DNA from: an uncultured delta proteobacterium
Lineage (GTDB): Bacteria; Desulfobacterota; Binatia; Binatales; Binataceae
Direction of reading: 5' to 3'
DNA: 64,000 bases
Assembly (NCBI GenBank): GCA_963788205.1
Contig: CAWBGG010000004.1
Coordinates: 14,166 to 78,165 of the forward strand
A program made the position numbers and the translations under genes. Under the pieces are notes generated by a model that ran no database searches, was not told the DNA's origin, and worked only from the letters and a program-made list of their open reading frames with translations. Numbering within the stretch: position 1 is the stretch's first letter; each line of letters starts with the position of its first letter. Positions 17,991-26,888 of this stretch are shown in pieces.

Positions 17991-18975
17991 GCTCCAAGGG
18001 CGTTGGTGAGGACAAGACAGAAGGCGAGACCGCAATACCGGAGCCAGTCGAAAGACCCTCAACCGACACCCAAGCCAGTTCTTCCAAAAGCATCATAGCC
18101 GAAGGGGCCTTTCGATTGACGCCATTTGCCTGCGGACGGTAATTTTTAATCGCCTGAGCGAGTTCCTTTGGTAGGGGAAGGAGTACTTCGGTAATGACAC
18201 CGACCACTTCTTCTTTGTCGTCTATAAGAGGAGCGCCAGACATGCCCGGTGTTATGGGCATTTGAATTTGCAAAATGGGAAACGCCCGCCTTACCCCCTG
18301 ACGCGGATCATCTCGAAGCTCGCCAATGTGTATGGGGTCCGTCGCGCCCGAGCGAATTGAGCTTACGAATCCTTCGAAAAGCGATTTAGCGTCAAAAGCC
18401 AACGAGGGAAACCCAATTGAAATCACGTGCTCTCCGATTCTTATTCGATCCTCTCTTTTTGGATCCATAGAGCGTTCGCTAACTTTCAAATGGCAAGGGG
18501 TTGATTCCCCGGTCTTTACGAACGCTAGGTCGAAGCTCGCATTATGATCGCAGGCGACAACGGCGGGCAGATTGAGCTTGAAGGACCTCGCCTCGCTCAA
18601 ATGCACAGTGAACGTGTCGTGCTTGGCGGCGAGATCAACGCAGACCTTTTCGTTGTCCTCATGATCTGGATTCAAACGGTAAGAAGGCTCGAACAGTACA
18701 TGTGCGGCTGTCATCAGGGTCCCCTTTTCATCGACGAAGAAGCCCGTTCCTGTTTCCTTGGTCCCGGAACCACTTTTCTCCGAAGAAATCAAGACCACGC
18801 CACATTTCAGGCGCTCGTATCGACCGACTAGCTCGTCAGCGGCGGAAGCCGGCGTGGCTGTCGGCGGTTGAATCGGGATCATCTGCGCGGCACCTGTCCA
18901 TGGAGAACACACGACTAGGCTGATCAGCAGGGCGAAAACCAGGCTCTTTTTCTTGCTCGTATGAAACGTTTTCAT
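17971..18975 (-). CDS. Secreted trypsin-like (S1/S1C-like) serine peptidase
   Basis: ORF track 17971-19221. ATG 18975 gives MKTFHTSKKKSLVFALLISLVVCSPWTGAAQ. GTGFFVDEKGTLMTAAHV (His), a DLAF Asp region, and PGMSGAPLID (Ser) motifs. Low GC. Confidence 0.75.
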   Translation of the reverse strand: MKTFHTSKKKSLVFALLISLVVCSPWTGAAQMIPIQPPTATPASAADELVGRYERLKCGVVLISSEKSGSGTKETGTGFFVDEKGTLMTAAHVLFEPSYRLNPDHEDNEKVCVDLAAKHDTFTVHLSEARSFKLNLPAVVACDHNASFDLAFVKTGESTPCHLKVSERSMDPKREDRIRIGEHVISIGFPSLAFDAKSLFEGFVSSIRSGATDPIHIGELRDDPRQGVRRAFPILQIQMPITPGMSGAPLIDDKEEVVGVITEVLLPLPKELAQAIKNYRPQANGVNRKAPSAMMLLEELAWVSVEGLSTGSGIAVSPSVLSSPTPLELILEEY

Positions 18976-19314
18976 TTGACTCTTGAAGGTCTCGGCGGGC
19001 GTGAGCGAATATGCGGACCAGATGGGCGTCGCGACCCCTTTTTGCTCCCCCACAGTGAAGTCAATCAAGAGTCTGTATAGTGGATGCACCTGGACAGTCA
19101 ATGGCTGCTTATTCCCACCTGGGTGGCTCCTTGGAAGGCCCGGCAAAGGAGACGCGCGTCGCTCGTTGCGAGCGCCAGCGCGTAGACGGCCGCTCGGCAC
19201 GGTCTTGAATTTGCCCGCCACTCTGGGAAAGGTTTCGCGCGGCTTTCCCGAGCGTTTGCAAACCCGAGAGCCTCTGAATGAGAATGCGAGGCGCCAACTC
19301 GGGGAGAGCAGATG

Positions 19315-19635
19315 TCAGCAGGGACGGTTCGCCGTCGGCAGTCTCGTCAGCGCGCTGGGGGGGCGAGTGGATCGTCGTTTCCCCGGGGAGGCAACCTTGC
19401 GCTGAGTTCTACCACGCTGCTCGAGCAGCTCGAGGTACTCTTCGTCAGGCTTGGGGAGCGAGCTCATCAGCTTGACAAAATCGGCGACCGTGGATTTCGA
19501 CGGCCTGGCCGGAACGATTTCGCAGACCGGTTGGCCTCTTCGCTCAACCACGAAAGTTTCTCCGCGATAACGCATCCGATTGAGAAGGTCGGAAAATGAT
19601 CGCGCGGCTTTCGTCGATGAAATGCGCGTTTTCAT
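19315..19635 (-). CDS. Phd/YefM-type antitoxin, no recognisable partner toxin
   Basis: N-terminus MKTRISSTKAARSFSDLLNRMRYRGETFVVERRGQPVCEIVP is typical Phd/YefM. The C-terminal ~35 aa are Arg/Pro-rich and cross a G7 run (about 19357-19363), so the tail may be out of frame. Confidence 0.6.
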   Translation of the reverse strand: MKTRISSTKAARSFSDLLNRMRYRGETFVVERRGQPVCEIVPARPSKSTVADFVKLMSSLPKPDEEYLELLEQRGRTQRKVASPGKRRSTRPPSALTRLPTANRPC

Positions 19636-19680
19636 GAAACCAGATTATCCGGCTTGCCTGCGCACGTCACAATCGGCGCT

Positions 19681-20388
19681 TTACGCGCCCAAAATCTTCA
19701 GCAAGCGGCGCGCGCGGGATTGGGCGCGACTGACGATCGCGGCCTGCGACTGGTCGGACGGCGGTGGGCGCGCCGCGAACGTTGACAGCTCGCGGCGATG
19801 ATTGGCGATCGCTTGGCGCGCGGCGGTCGAGTTCGGCGATTTGTTGGCTTGGAGCTTCCGCGGGCCCTCGTGGCCGCCCTCTGAGAAGTACCAGTCTTTG
19901 AACTCGCCGCGGAATCCGGCCTGGAACATTATCGAGCCCAGGTAGCTGGCTGGCGGCGGGACGCGCAGGACCAGTTCGGCGAAGGTTTCTTCCTGGCCCG
20001 GATTTTCGTAGTCGATCATCAAATGGCCGCCGGGGGGAATGAGATCGCCCAGTATCGCGACGATTTTTGCTTCCAGGCCGAGCGCGCGGGCGTCGATAGA
20101 ATCCGCCGGGCCGGAGATCACGATCGGAAAGAGGCGGCATTCGATCCACGGACTGACGCCGCGTCCGCCCGCGCTGACGATTCCGGTCATCAGCGAGCCC
20201 GTCGAAGTCTTTCCCCGGCCGTCGCGAAGTGCAATTTTTACGTAGCGCCATCCGCCGCGGGGCCGAATCGGGCGCATCTCGGAAAGTACGAGCGCATACG
20301 CGCCCACTTTTCGCCCCTCCAGGCGCGTCGCGAGCGCTTCGGCGGCGGAGATGCGGTTGGCCGTCATGTTTTGCGTGATCTTTACCAA
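19681..20388 (-). CDS. Conserved hypothetical protein (family not assigned)
   Basis: 235-aa ORF with coding-like composition and no obvious TM or catalytic motif. Diverges from the small zinc-ribbon gene at 20427. Confidence 0.5.
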   Translation of the reverse strand: MVKITQNMTANRISAAEALATRLEGRKVGAYALVLSEMRPIRPRGGWRYVKIALRDGRGKTSTGSLMTGIVSAGGRGVSPWIECRLFPIVISGPADSIDARALGLEAKIVAILGDLIPPGGHLMIDYENPGQEETFAELVLRVPPPASYLGSIMFQAGFRGEFKDWYFSEGGHEGPRKLQANKSPNSTAARQAIANHRRELSTFAARPPPSDQSQAAIVSRAQSRARRLLKILGA

Positions 20389-20426
20389 ACGGGGCAGGTT
20401 TACTATAACCCGGTCAGCTTAGGGTA

Positions 20427-20696
20427 ATGCGCGAGCCTGCTCTGACCGCCGCCTCATTCCCGACCGCGTACTGCGATACGTGCGGCCGCAGCGTGCTTAC
20501 CTATATCGGCCTGGACGAGGACGGAGACGAGCGGCGCTTGTGCGTGCATTGCGACACGGTGGCGAAAGCCGCGCTGAGCTGGGTGAGCGCGGACGATCTC
20601 GAAGCCGAGGGCTACTACTTCGGTTCCGAGCCCCCCAAAAGCGCGGGCGGCGGATGCAACAGCGGATGCGGCTCCTGCTCGACACGCAAAAACTAG
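20427..20696 (+). CDS. Small zinc-ribbon protein with a Cys-rich C-terminal tail
   Basis: 89-aa ORF. CDTCG...CVHCD (CxxC x2) plus tail GGGCNSGCGSCSTRKN. Confidence 0.45.
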   Translation: MREPALTAASFPTAYCDTCGRSVLTYIGLDEDGDERRLCVHCDTVAKAALSWVSADDLEAEGYYFGSEPPKSAGGGCNSGCGSCSTRKN

Positions 20697-20822
20697 CGCG
20701 TGAAGCGGTGAGGAAGGAATTCTTGAGCCCTGCATATCATAGTGACAATTCTGGTCTTGCTCGATTCTTTCGCGGTGTCATTCTCGCGCGTGGGATGCGC
20801 CGGGGGCGACGCCGCGTCCGCT

Positions 20823-20945
20823 CCCCTCTCCCTCCGGGAGAGGGTGCGCGTCCTCGCGCGGGTGAGGGCGAATCGAGCGGAAGTGTGCGGCAGTTCGCCC
20901 TCACCCCGCGCCGGTGGCGACTCGCCCTCTCCCGGAGGGAGAGGG
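20823..20945. repeat. ~125-bp composite palindrome (REP-like) upstream of fbp
   Basis: CCCTCTCCCTCCGGGAGAGGG (20823-) and its exact reverse complement CCCTCTCCCGGAGGGAGAGGG (20925-20945) flank a 13-bp-stem hairpin GGGTGAGGGCGAA...TTCGCCCTCACCC (20860-20906). Confidence 0.7.
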
Positions 20946-21138
20946 AACAGAAAACGGCGACGTACGAGGACACCGGAATCCGGGATTTCCCTCGGTGGCC
21001 TCGGGACAGGCTCTTGCGCGCGCCAGGCACGCGCGCGGGAATGACACAAGGAGCGGCGCCGGAGCAGAATCGGTGTCACTGTATTGTGCAGCAATCAATA
21101 ATAAAGATTCAGGGCAGAGTCCCGGAGGTACATCTTCG

Positions 21139-22275
21139 ATGAAGACCACACTGTCGGTCATCAAGGCCGACGTCGGATCGATCGGCGGACATATCAAGCC
21201 GAGCGCGCGAGTCAGGGAAACGATCGAGAGCTTCGTGCGCGACAAGGGCAAGAAGCTGCTGCGCGACATCTATATCAGCACCACCGGCGACGACGTGGCG
21301 ATCCTGATGTCGCACGAGCACGGCGTCAACAATCCCAAAATCCACGAGCTGGCGTGGGACGCCTTTATGGCCGGAACGCGCGTGGCCAAGGAGCAGGGGC
21401 TCTACGGCGCCGGGCAGGACATGCTCAAGGACGCCTTCTCGGGCAATGTTCGCGGGCTGGGGCCCGCCTCGTGCGAGATGGAATTCGAGGAGCGGCCCAA
21501 CGAGCCGTTCGTGTTCTTCGCCGCCGACAAGACCGACCCCGGCGCGTACAACCTGCCGATGTACCTGTCGTTCGCCGATCCGATGCACTGCTCGGGTTTG
21601 CTGCTGTCGCCCAAGATGGCGAAGGGATTTACCTTCACGATCATGGATGTCAACCATACCGAGGGCGACCGTGTGATCGAACTGAACGCGCCCGACGAGC
21701 TTTACGACATCGCATGCCTGCTGCGCGACAACGAACGCTTTGTGGTCGAATCGATCCGCAGCCGCGCCAGCCAGGAGGTCGGCGCGGTGGTATCGACCTC
21801 GCGGCTGCACAATATCGCCGGCACCTATACCGGCAAGGATGATCCGGTCGCGCTGGTGCGCGCGCAGGGCGTGTTCCCCGCCACGGGGGAAATCCTGTCG
21901 CCGTACCGGATCGGGCATTACGTGGCCGGCACGATGCGCGGGAGCCATCACGGGCCGCTGATGCCGGTCAAGTTGAATTCAATGATTTCGTTCTTCGACG
22001 GCCCGGCGATCGTGACCGCAGCCGCATTCTGTGTGCACGAGGGCAAGTTCACCGAGCCGGTCGACTTGTTCGACCATCCGTTCTGGGACTGGGTGCGAAA
22101 CAACGTCTCGCAGAAGGCGGCCGAGATTCGCAATCAGGGCTTTTCGGGTCCCGCGATGCTGCCCTACAGCGAGCTGGAGTACGGCGGAGTGGTCGAGAAG
22201 ATGGGCGAGCTCGACGCCCGCTTTACGGTGCGCAAGGAAGGCGCAGCTAACGGGCGCAAGAAGAAAGCGGCATAG
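21139..22275 (+). CDS. fbp: Fructose-1,6-bisphosphate aldolase/phosphatase (class V, archaeal-type bifunctional FBPase)
   Basis: ORF track 20914-22275; ATG 21139 gives MKTTLSVIKADVGSIGGH. Colinear conserved blocks follow (GDDVAILMSH, FAADKTDPGAYN, VSTSRLHNIAGTYTGKDDP). Confidence 0.85.
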   Translation: MKTTLSVIKADVGSIGGHIKPSARVRETIESFVRDKGKKLLRDIYISTTGDDVAILMSHEHGVNNPKIHELAWDAFMAGTRVAKEQGLYGAGQDMLKDAFSGNVRGLGPASCEMEFEERPNEPFVFFAADKTDPGAYNLPMYLSFADPMHCSGLLLSPKMAKGFTFTIMDVNHTEGDRVIELNAPDELYDIACLLRDNERFVVESIRSRASQEVGAVVSTSRLHNIAGTYTGKDDPVALVRAQGVFPATGEILSPYRIGHYVAGTMRGSHHGPLMPVKLNSMISFFDGPAIVTAAAFCVHEGKFTEPVDLFDHPFWDWVRNNVSQKAAEIRNQGFSGPAMLPYSELEYGGVVEKMGELDARFTVRKEGAANGRKKKAA

Positions 22276-22293
22276 GCTACGATTCCTACGGTT

Positions 22294-22331
22294 TGTAGGA
22301 AGCGGGCGGACGCAAGAATCGCGTCCGCCCG
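22294..22331 (+). terminator. GTAG-headed REP-like hairpin downstream of fbp, possible terminator
   Basis: TGTAGG head, then an 11-bp stem CGGGCGGACGC (22303-22313) / GCGTCCGCCCG (22321-22331) with a 7-nt loop. Starts about 20 nt after the fbp stop. No clear U-tract. Confidence 0.4.
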
Positions 22332-22353
22332 TAAACTTCTGGCGTTCAAGGTT

Positions 22354-22429
22354 TGAAGTAGGGCCGGCGTCCCGCCGGCCTGATCTCGCAGATCGATCGC
22401 ATGACCGGCGGGACGCCGGTCCCACTTCA
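22354..22429. repeat. Inverted pair of REP-like units
   Basis: TGAAGTAGGGCCGGCGTCCCGCCGG (22354-22378) and CCGGCGGGACGCCGGTCCCACTTCA (22405-22429) are near-perfect reverse complements. Each arm is itself a small hairpin. The core also occurs at 5161-5176. Confidence 0.7.
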
Positions 22430-22568
22430 AATTTTTCCTCCTCGTCGCCGGTGGTGATTCGGGGAGAGGATCCTACAAAGAGATTTCTTTGCTCCTTCAC
22501 AAAAAGCCGAGTTGGATTGATTCTCGGTCTGGCACTTGGGGCACTTCATTAGATCGGCCCCCGGGACA

Positions 22569-23426
22569 TCACGCTGAACGCAGATCTACTCCGGTGTCCG
22601 TGAAGACCCGCTCGAAGTAGTCTGCGTCGCGCTGCAGGCCACCGAGGCCAACCCAGTCCTCGTCGCTCAAGGCGCCGCGCCAGCCCAGGAAAGAGTGCGC
22701 GTCTGGACCAACGGGGAAGCGCAACCGCGGGTCGTCACCCTCGATCACGTAGCGGAGCACCTCCGCGACGAGAGTTGGAGACGCCTCCGGCTTCTCGGGG
22801 TTGGTGAAGAATGCGTGGAGCCGGCGCCCGTGCGGGTAGATCGTGTTCTGTTTGTATTGGGGCAAATTCGTGGTGGCCATCGGGGTATCGATGATGCCGG
22901 GCTCTACCAGAGCAACCTTGATTCCGTAGCCTTTGACCTCCTGAGCCAGGCACTCCGTGAACGCCTCCAGGGCGAACTTCGACGCGCAGTAGGCGCTCTC
23001 CGCGAAGTAGGCGACGCGCCCGGCGATCAACGTCACATTGATGATGCAGCCCGATCCCCGCTTCCGCATCGCCGGGAGCACCTGCTTGACGCAACGCACG
23101 GCGCCAAAATAGTTCGTCTGCATCACGCGCTGAAACTGCTCGAGGCTTTCGTCCTCGACCGCGTTGGTGGTGAGGATTCCAGCGTTGTTGACCAGCACGT
23201 CGATTGAATTGCCCACCTTCCCGAAGACTTGAGCCACTGACGCGTCGTCATCCACGTCCAGCGGGAGGACCGTCACCGGAAGCCTCGCCTCTGCGGCCAC
23301 CTTCTCAAGGTCACAGGCGCTCGGGTTCCGCATGGTTGCGATGACTTCGTGTCCTGCGCGCGCCAAGAGCAGCGCGGCGTCGTAGCCGATTCCTTTGCTC
23401 GTTCCAGTGATCAGGACCTTGGCCAT
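22569..23426 (-). CDS. SDR-family oxidoreductase (short-chain dehydrogenase/reductase)
   Basis: 285-aa ORF. TGTSKGIG cofactor motif, NNAG, and YCASK catalytic motif. Confidence 0.85.
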   Translation of the reverse strand: MAKVLITGTSKGIGYDAALLLARAGHEVIATMRNPSACDLEKVAAEARLPVTVLPLDVDDDASVAQVFGKVGNSIDVLVNNAGILTTNAVEDESLEQFQRVMQTNYFGAVRCVKQVLPAMRKRGSGCIINVTLIAGRVAYFAESAYCASKFALEAFTECLAQEVKGYGIKVALVEPGIIDTPMATTNLPQYKQNTIYPHGRRLHAFFTNPEKPEASPTLVAEVLRYVIEGDDPRLRFPVGPDAHSFLGWRGALSDEDWVGLGGLQRDADYFERVFTDTGVDLRSA

Positions 23427-23474
23427 GCTTCAACTCCTTTGTTTCCCGGTGCGTCCATTCGAACTTGTAACCAC

Positions 23475-26400
23475 CTAACCTAACTCCTTCGCTAGCCGAT
23501 CGGCGGGATCGGGGGCGCCCATGGCGCGGTACATGGCCTCGGCCTCGCGCAGACCCGCTGCCAGCACCTCAGGATCGTCGCGTCCGGCCATTCGGGCCTC
23601 CGCTTCGCGCAAGCGTGGCAGCAGGGAATTGCCGCCGCTCTGGCGGACCAACGCGCGGGCTGCGGCAATCACCGGGGCGATCTCGTGTTCCGGCGCGCCC
23701 TTATGGACGAGGGCGTCGGCCAGCGCGGCGCGGGTGAGGGCGGCCTGAAACCAGGTGCCGCCCGCATCTGCGGCCTCGATTCCCTCGCGTGCCCTGGCGA
23801 TCGCAGCTTCGGCGTCGCCGCGAGCCAGACACGAGTCGGCAAATACCGCGAGGTAATAGCTCTGCCAGTCGAGCGCGTTACCCGCGTCACGCGCCTGCGC
23901 GAGGGCTTCGGTGAAGCGCTCTTCGCTGGCGCCGTAGTCGCCGTTTAGAAAAAAGCGGCCGCGAGGAAGAATGAAGCCGTGATCTGCGAATACCGGTTCC
24001 CAACCGCCTCGGCAATTTCCACTCCCTCCAGGCATGCCCGGCGAAGGTTCGTGGCGGGCACTCGGGAAGTTCCGCGAGCGAGATACGCGCAGACGGGGGG
24101 CACCCCGAGGGCCCATCCGAGATTCTCTTGCGCACCGTGCTCGCGGGCCATCCGGATGGCGCGTTCTGCGCGCGGCCAGCACTGGTCGAAACGGCCCGCC
24201 TGTGCCAGCGCCCACGCCGTCAAATGCTTGGCCCAGATCAACGGGCTGAAGCTAACCAACTCGCGGCCCACTTGCGGATCCCCGCCGGTGAGCTCAACGA
24301 TGTGATCGAACGCCTCGAGCGCTTGCGGAATGCGCCCGGCGACGAAGAGCCAGTAGCCATGCGAGGTTTCAACCTGGAAGGTCTCGCCAAGGTCCATGCC
24401 ATCGTTGAGCATGCCTCTGGCTTCTTTGGCGAGTTCGAGGGCCGCTTCCGCTCGACCGAGCACCCCCAGATAGGTCGCAAAACCGGAGAGCGCGCCGGCT
24501 ATGGCAGATGGGCGCCCCAGCTCCTGCGCCAGCGAGCGGGCCTCCTCCATGCAGCTGCGCGCCTCGTCCTCGCTCATGCCCAGTCGCCAAGTGCCGCTCG
24601 CCAGGATGAAGGTGCACGCGCGCAGCCGCGACTCCTTGGCGTCTGCATCATCGAGCGAGCGGCCGAGGTCGCGCACCTTCCGCCAGTGCCGCACGCCCTC
24701 GACCGGATCGCGGGCCGCGGCCCATTCTGCGGCGCGGCGATGCCAGCGCACGGCCTGGCCGAGATCGGCGGCCTCTTCCCAGTGATGCGCCAGCAGCGCC
24801 GCCTGCTGGTCGAGGTCCTGCGCATGGGCTGCCTCGATGACGCGCGCGACCGCCGCGTGCAACCGTTTGCGCCGCTCCTGGAGCTGCGAGGCCAGCGCCA
24901 CTTCCTGCGTCAGCGGATGCTTGAACAGATACTCGGCGACCGGATAAAGCGACTGCTCGTACACGAACTCGGCGTCCTTGAGCTTCTGCAGCGCTTCGCG
25001 CAACTGTGGTGCGGCCTGCTCGACCACCGCCGCCAGGGTCGGCTCGTCGAACTCGCGGCCGATTACCGCCGCGGTCTGCAGCACGTCCTTGTCCCGCTGC
25101 GCCAGCCGATCGATGCGCGCCGCCAGCAGCGCGTGCACTGAACTTGGCACCTCCAGCTTGTCCACCGGCGTGACCAGCCGATAAGCGCCCTTGCTGCCTT
25201 GCAGCTTCCCCGACTCGATGAGATTCTGCACCACCTCTTCGGTGAAGAACGGATTGCCGCCGGTGCGGGCATGAATCGCCTCGGCCAGGCCGGCGGTGCT
25301 GCGATCGTTGCCGAGCAGCGCATCGAGCAACTCGCGGATCGCGTCGGGGCCCAGCGGCGCGAGTGGTAGCTGGTGATAGAACGACTTCCCCATCCAGGGC
25401 GCCTGGTACTCGGGGCGAAAGTTGAGCAGCATCAGGGAGCGCGTCCCGGCCCGGGCGTCGATCAACGGCTCGAGATACGCCTCGCTGCCGCTGTCGAACC
25501 AGTGCAGATCTTCGAGCAAGGTTACCTGCGTCTCGCGCTGGCCGCGCGCCTGGTTCACCCTCCGGACGATGTCGAACATCTGGCGCTGGCGCGCCTCGGG
25601 ATCGATACGCGGGGCCGGGTTCTCGGGGTCGGAAACTCCCATGAAGTCGAAGACCAGCGGCAGGCTCTCGCGCAGGCTCTCATCGAGCAACAGCATGCGG
25701 CCGGCGATACGCTCGCGGGCGGTGGCTTCGCTATCCTGCTCGGTGATGCCGAAGAAGGCGCGAAACAGTCGTAGCATCGGCAGGAAGGGGATCGCCTTGC
25801 CGTGCGCGACCCCGGTGGTTTCGTAGGTCATCAAGCCGCGCGCCCGGCATCGCTCGAGGAACTCGAAGCACAGCCGGCTCTTGCCCAGCCCCGCTTCGCC
25901 GACAATCCCGATAATCTGGGCGTTGCCCTCCCGCGCGCGCGTTAACGCCGACTCCAGCACCTGCATCTCGTCGCCGCGTCCCACGAAGCGCGAGAAGCCC
26001 CGGCTGCGCGAAACGTCTAGGCGCGTGCGCATCTGCCCGAGCCCTTGCAGCTCGTAGACATGCATCGCCCCGTGCACCCCTTTGATCTCCATCTCGCCCA
26101 GGTCAGCGAGCGCGAAGTAGCCCTGGATTTGGGCGGCGGTATGCGCCGTGAGGTAGACCTTGCCCGGTTCGGCGATCTGTTCCATGCGGGAGGCGAGGCC
26201 GACGGTATGTCCCTGCGCGGTGTAGTCCATGTGCAAGTCGTCGCCGATCTTGCCGACGATCACCTCACCGGAGTTAAGCCCGATGCGGGCCGAGAAGTTG
26301 AGCCCGCGCCGCAGGCGCAACTCGTTGGCATAGCCGCGCAGCCCGTCAACAAGATGCAACGCCGCGTAGCAGGCGCGGCGCGCATGATCCTCGTGCGCGA

Positions 26401-26888
26401 TCGGTGCGCCGAACAACGCCATGATGCCGTCGCCGGTGAACTTGTCCACAAAGCCCTCGAAGCGTTCGACCCCCTCCGAGAGGATCTGGAAAAAGCGGTT
26501 CATGATCTGCGACCACGCTTCCGGATCGAGCTGCTCCGCCAGCTCCATCGAGCCTTTTCACGTCGGCAAACAGCACCGTCACCTGCTTGCGCTCGCCTTC
26601 GAGCACGGCGCGCGAGGTCAGGATCTTGTCGGCCAGGTGCTTGGGCGTGTACGCGCGGGGGAATGGTTGCGAGGACGGGCCGCCGGCAGTAGACGTTGCC
26701 GCGGACCACGCGAGAGCGTTCTCCTCCCGCCGGGCGACGCGCTGAATGTCGACGAGTTCCTCGATGATTTCCTCGAGCGACTCATCGTCGAGCTCGAACT
26801 GCCGCCGGAGCATCCGCAAGGAGATCCGGCCATTCTGCTCGAGGTGGCGGCGCACTTCGCCGACTACCTCCATGAGATTTGTCTTCAC
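23475..26888 (-). pseudogene. Class III adenylate/guanylate cyclase + STAND AAA ATPase + TPR protein (copy 2), interrupted by two 1-nt frameshifts (or consensus errors)
   Basis: Three ORF-track fragments: 26346-27020 (useful from GTG 26888 or ATG 26873), 23945-26548, and 23475-24215 (useful below about 23950). Frame breaks lie at the T4 run 26555-26558 (copy 1 has GAGCCCTTCAC where copy 2 has GAGCCTTTTCAC) and the A6 run 23949-23954. Confidence 0.75.
24730..26650. repeat. ~1.9-kb near-identical block shared by the two cyclase/STAND genes (copy 2 side)
   Basis: Collinear with 28135-30055 at a constant offset of 3405 nt. Long stretches I compared by eye were about 90-95% identical. Flanking N- and C-terminal coding parts diverge. 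Confidence 0.8.

Noticed and set aside
23475-24215. The 246-aa ORF as an independent gene
   Set aside because: Only its C-terminal ~155 aa (below about 23950) look like protein: TPR-like, and parallel to the C-terminus of the intact paralog. The N-terminal part is the out-of-frame overlap with ORF 23945-26548. The two join across the A6 run at 23949-23954.
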